DNA from: Octopus bimaculoides
Taxonomy: Eukaryota
Assembly (NCBI RefSeq): GCF_001194135.2
Contig: NC_068984.1
Location: 16,611,425-16,675,424 of the forward strand
DNA: 64,000 bases
Direction of reading: 5' to 3'
In this document: positions 62,940-64,000 of the stretch, piece after piece
Numbering within the stretch: the first letter of the stretch is position 1
Layout of the letters: each line of letters starts with the position of its first letter
Made by a program: the position numbers and the translations under genes
The notes under the pieces: model-generated
What the model saw: only the letters and a program-made list of their open reading frames with translations
Databases searched by the model: none
What the model was told of the DNA's origin: nothing

Positions 62940-64000
62940 GTAAGTCTGACAAAAGTGAGTAATTTGACTAAAGTAAAAAAAGTATTTACAATGCTGTTTG
63001 TTTAGTTATGTTACACATTACAATACCTTTAATGTATAAGAATCAATCTTTGACATATGAGTATATTTATCTTCACAAGGAAGATATAACTTATTCTTGT
63101 TTCTCTGGGTGCAATCTTGTATATCAAAATGAATACTGCTCGAGAATGTTAAATTCTGCCAAGTTTCAACATTCAAGAGGTAACAAAGCTAGTTGTTTGT
63201 CTCGTCACTAACACAAATGCTTATAGCATTTTCATAATTCACTGATGTTTTTCAAACTTCTCACTTTGGCAAACAATGCAAAAGTCTGAAGAAACCTGTG
63301 AAAATTCATGATAAGATGCTACAGAAATATTGTAATGATTATCAAAAAAAATTGGTATTCCATCAGTTATGTTGATGACGGTTCTAGTTCATCCAATCAA
63401 CTGAACAGCCTTTCTCCTGAAATTAAGCAAATGGATGAATACTCCACAGACATGCATACCTTTAATGTAGTTCTCTGGGAGATTTGGCATGACTCAGAAT
63501 GTGACAAGACTGGTCCTTTGAATTACAAATACTACTCATTTTCGCATGCTCAATGGACTGGAGCAATGTGAAACAAAATGTCTTGTTCAAGGACACAGTG
63601 CACAGCTAGGAATTGAACTCATGACCTTGCGATCATGAGCTGAATATCCTAACCACTAAACCACACACCTCTGCAAGTATCTAATCTCTAAGAAATAAGA
63701 TTCTTTCATTGAAATTCAAATTATTTCATGGTGACATGCAGAAGATTTATGTATTTTACTGTTTAATACATCAATAGAATTTGCAGTTTTTAGATTATTC
63801 TTCCGCTGCTATACAGTATCAACTTATTAGTGTAAGCACATATGCATTCACCTGCTGTTTCAGGTGTGTAGTGTATCCAGGACTATATTATATGATGCAT
63901 CCTTCCCTTCCATTTAAGATGGCAGGTGCAATATAAGGGAGATTTAGCTGTTATATCTAGCAAGTCCACTAACTATGCAGAGACTCCCTCGTTGATACAA

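Noticed and set aside
63006-63211. ORF VMLHITIPLMYKNQSL... after a tttAG, considered as the next RELN exon
   Set aside because: At best a vague resemblance to a reelin strand pattern, it lacks the expected residues and has no convincing donor before the stop.

Overview
AT-rich, microsatellite-dense animal genomic DNA with 14 N-gaps. The repeat families and assembly texture suggest an octopus (coleoid cephalopod) draft scaffold; this is an inference. The only host gene I can support is the 5' part of a reelin (RELN) orthologue on the + strand. It has ten GT-AG coding exons that I spliced by hand: 23816-24032, 28579-28810, 37677-37747, 44832-44934, 47933-48026, 51629-51680, 52983-53082, 55818-56121, 58337-58488 and 62426-62577. 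These join in frame into 1477 nt (492 codons plus 1 nt) with no stop, encoding a signal peptide, the Reeler domain and the reelin N-terminal unique region. The gene runs off the right end of the window, and a non-coding exon must lie upstream. A candidate 9-nt microexon (62931-62939) would continue the alignment to vertebrate reelin without gaps. The rest is introns and intergenic DNA filled with four SINE-like families, RTE-like 3' ends, microsatellite-embedded restriction-like-endonuclease LINE fragments, remnants of CR1/L2, Penelope, hAT, Tc1/mariner and Helitron elements, several MITEs and simple repeats. Most ORFs in the supplied track are microsatellite, N-gap or SINE artefacts. All comparisons to human RELN are from memory and need confirming by alignment.
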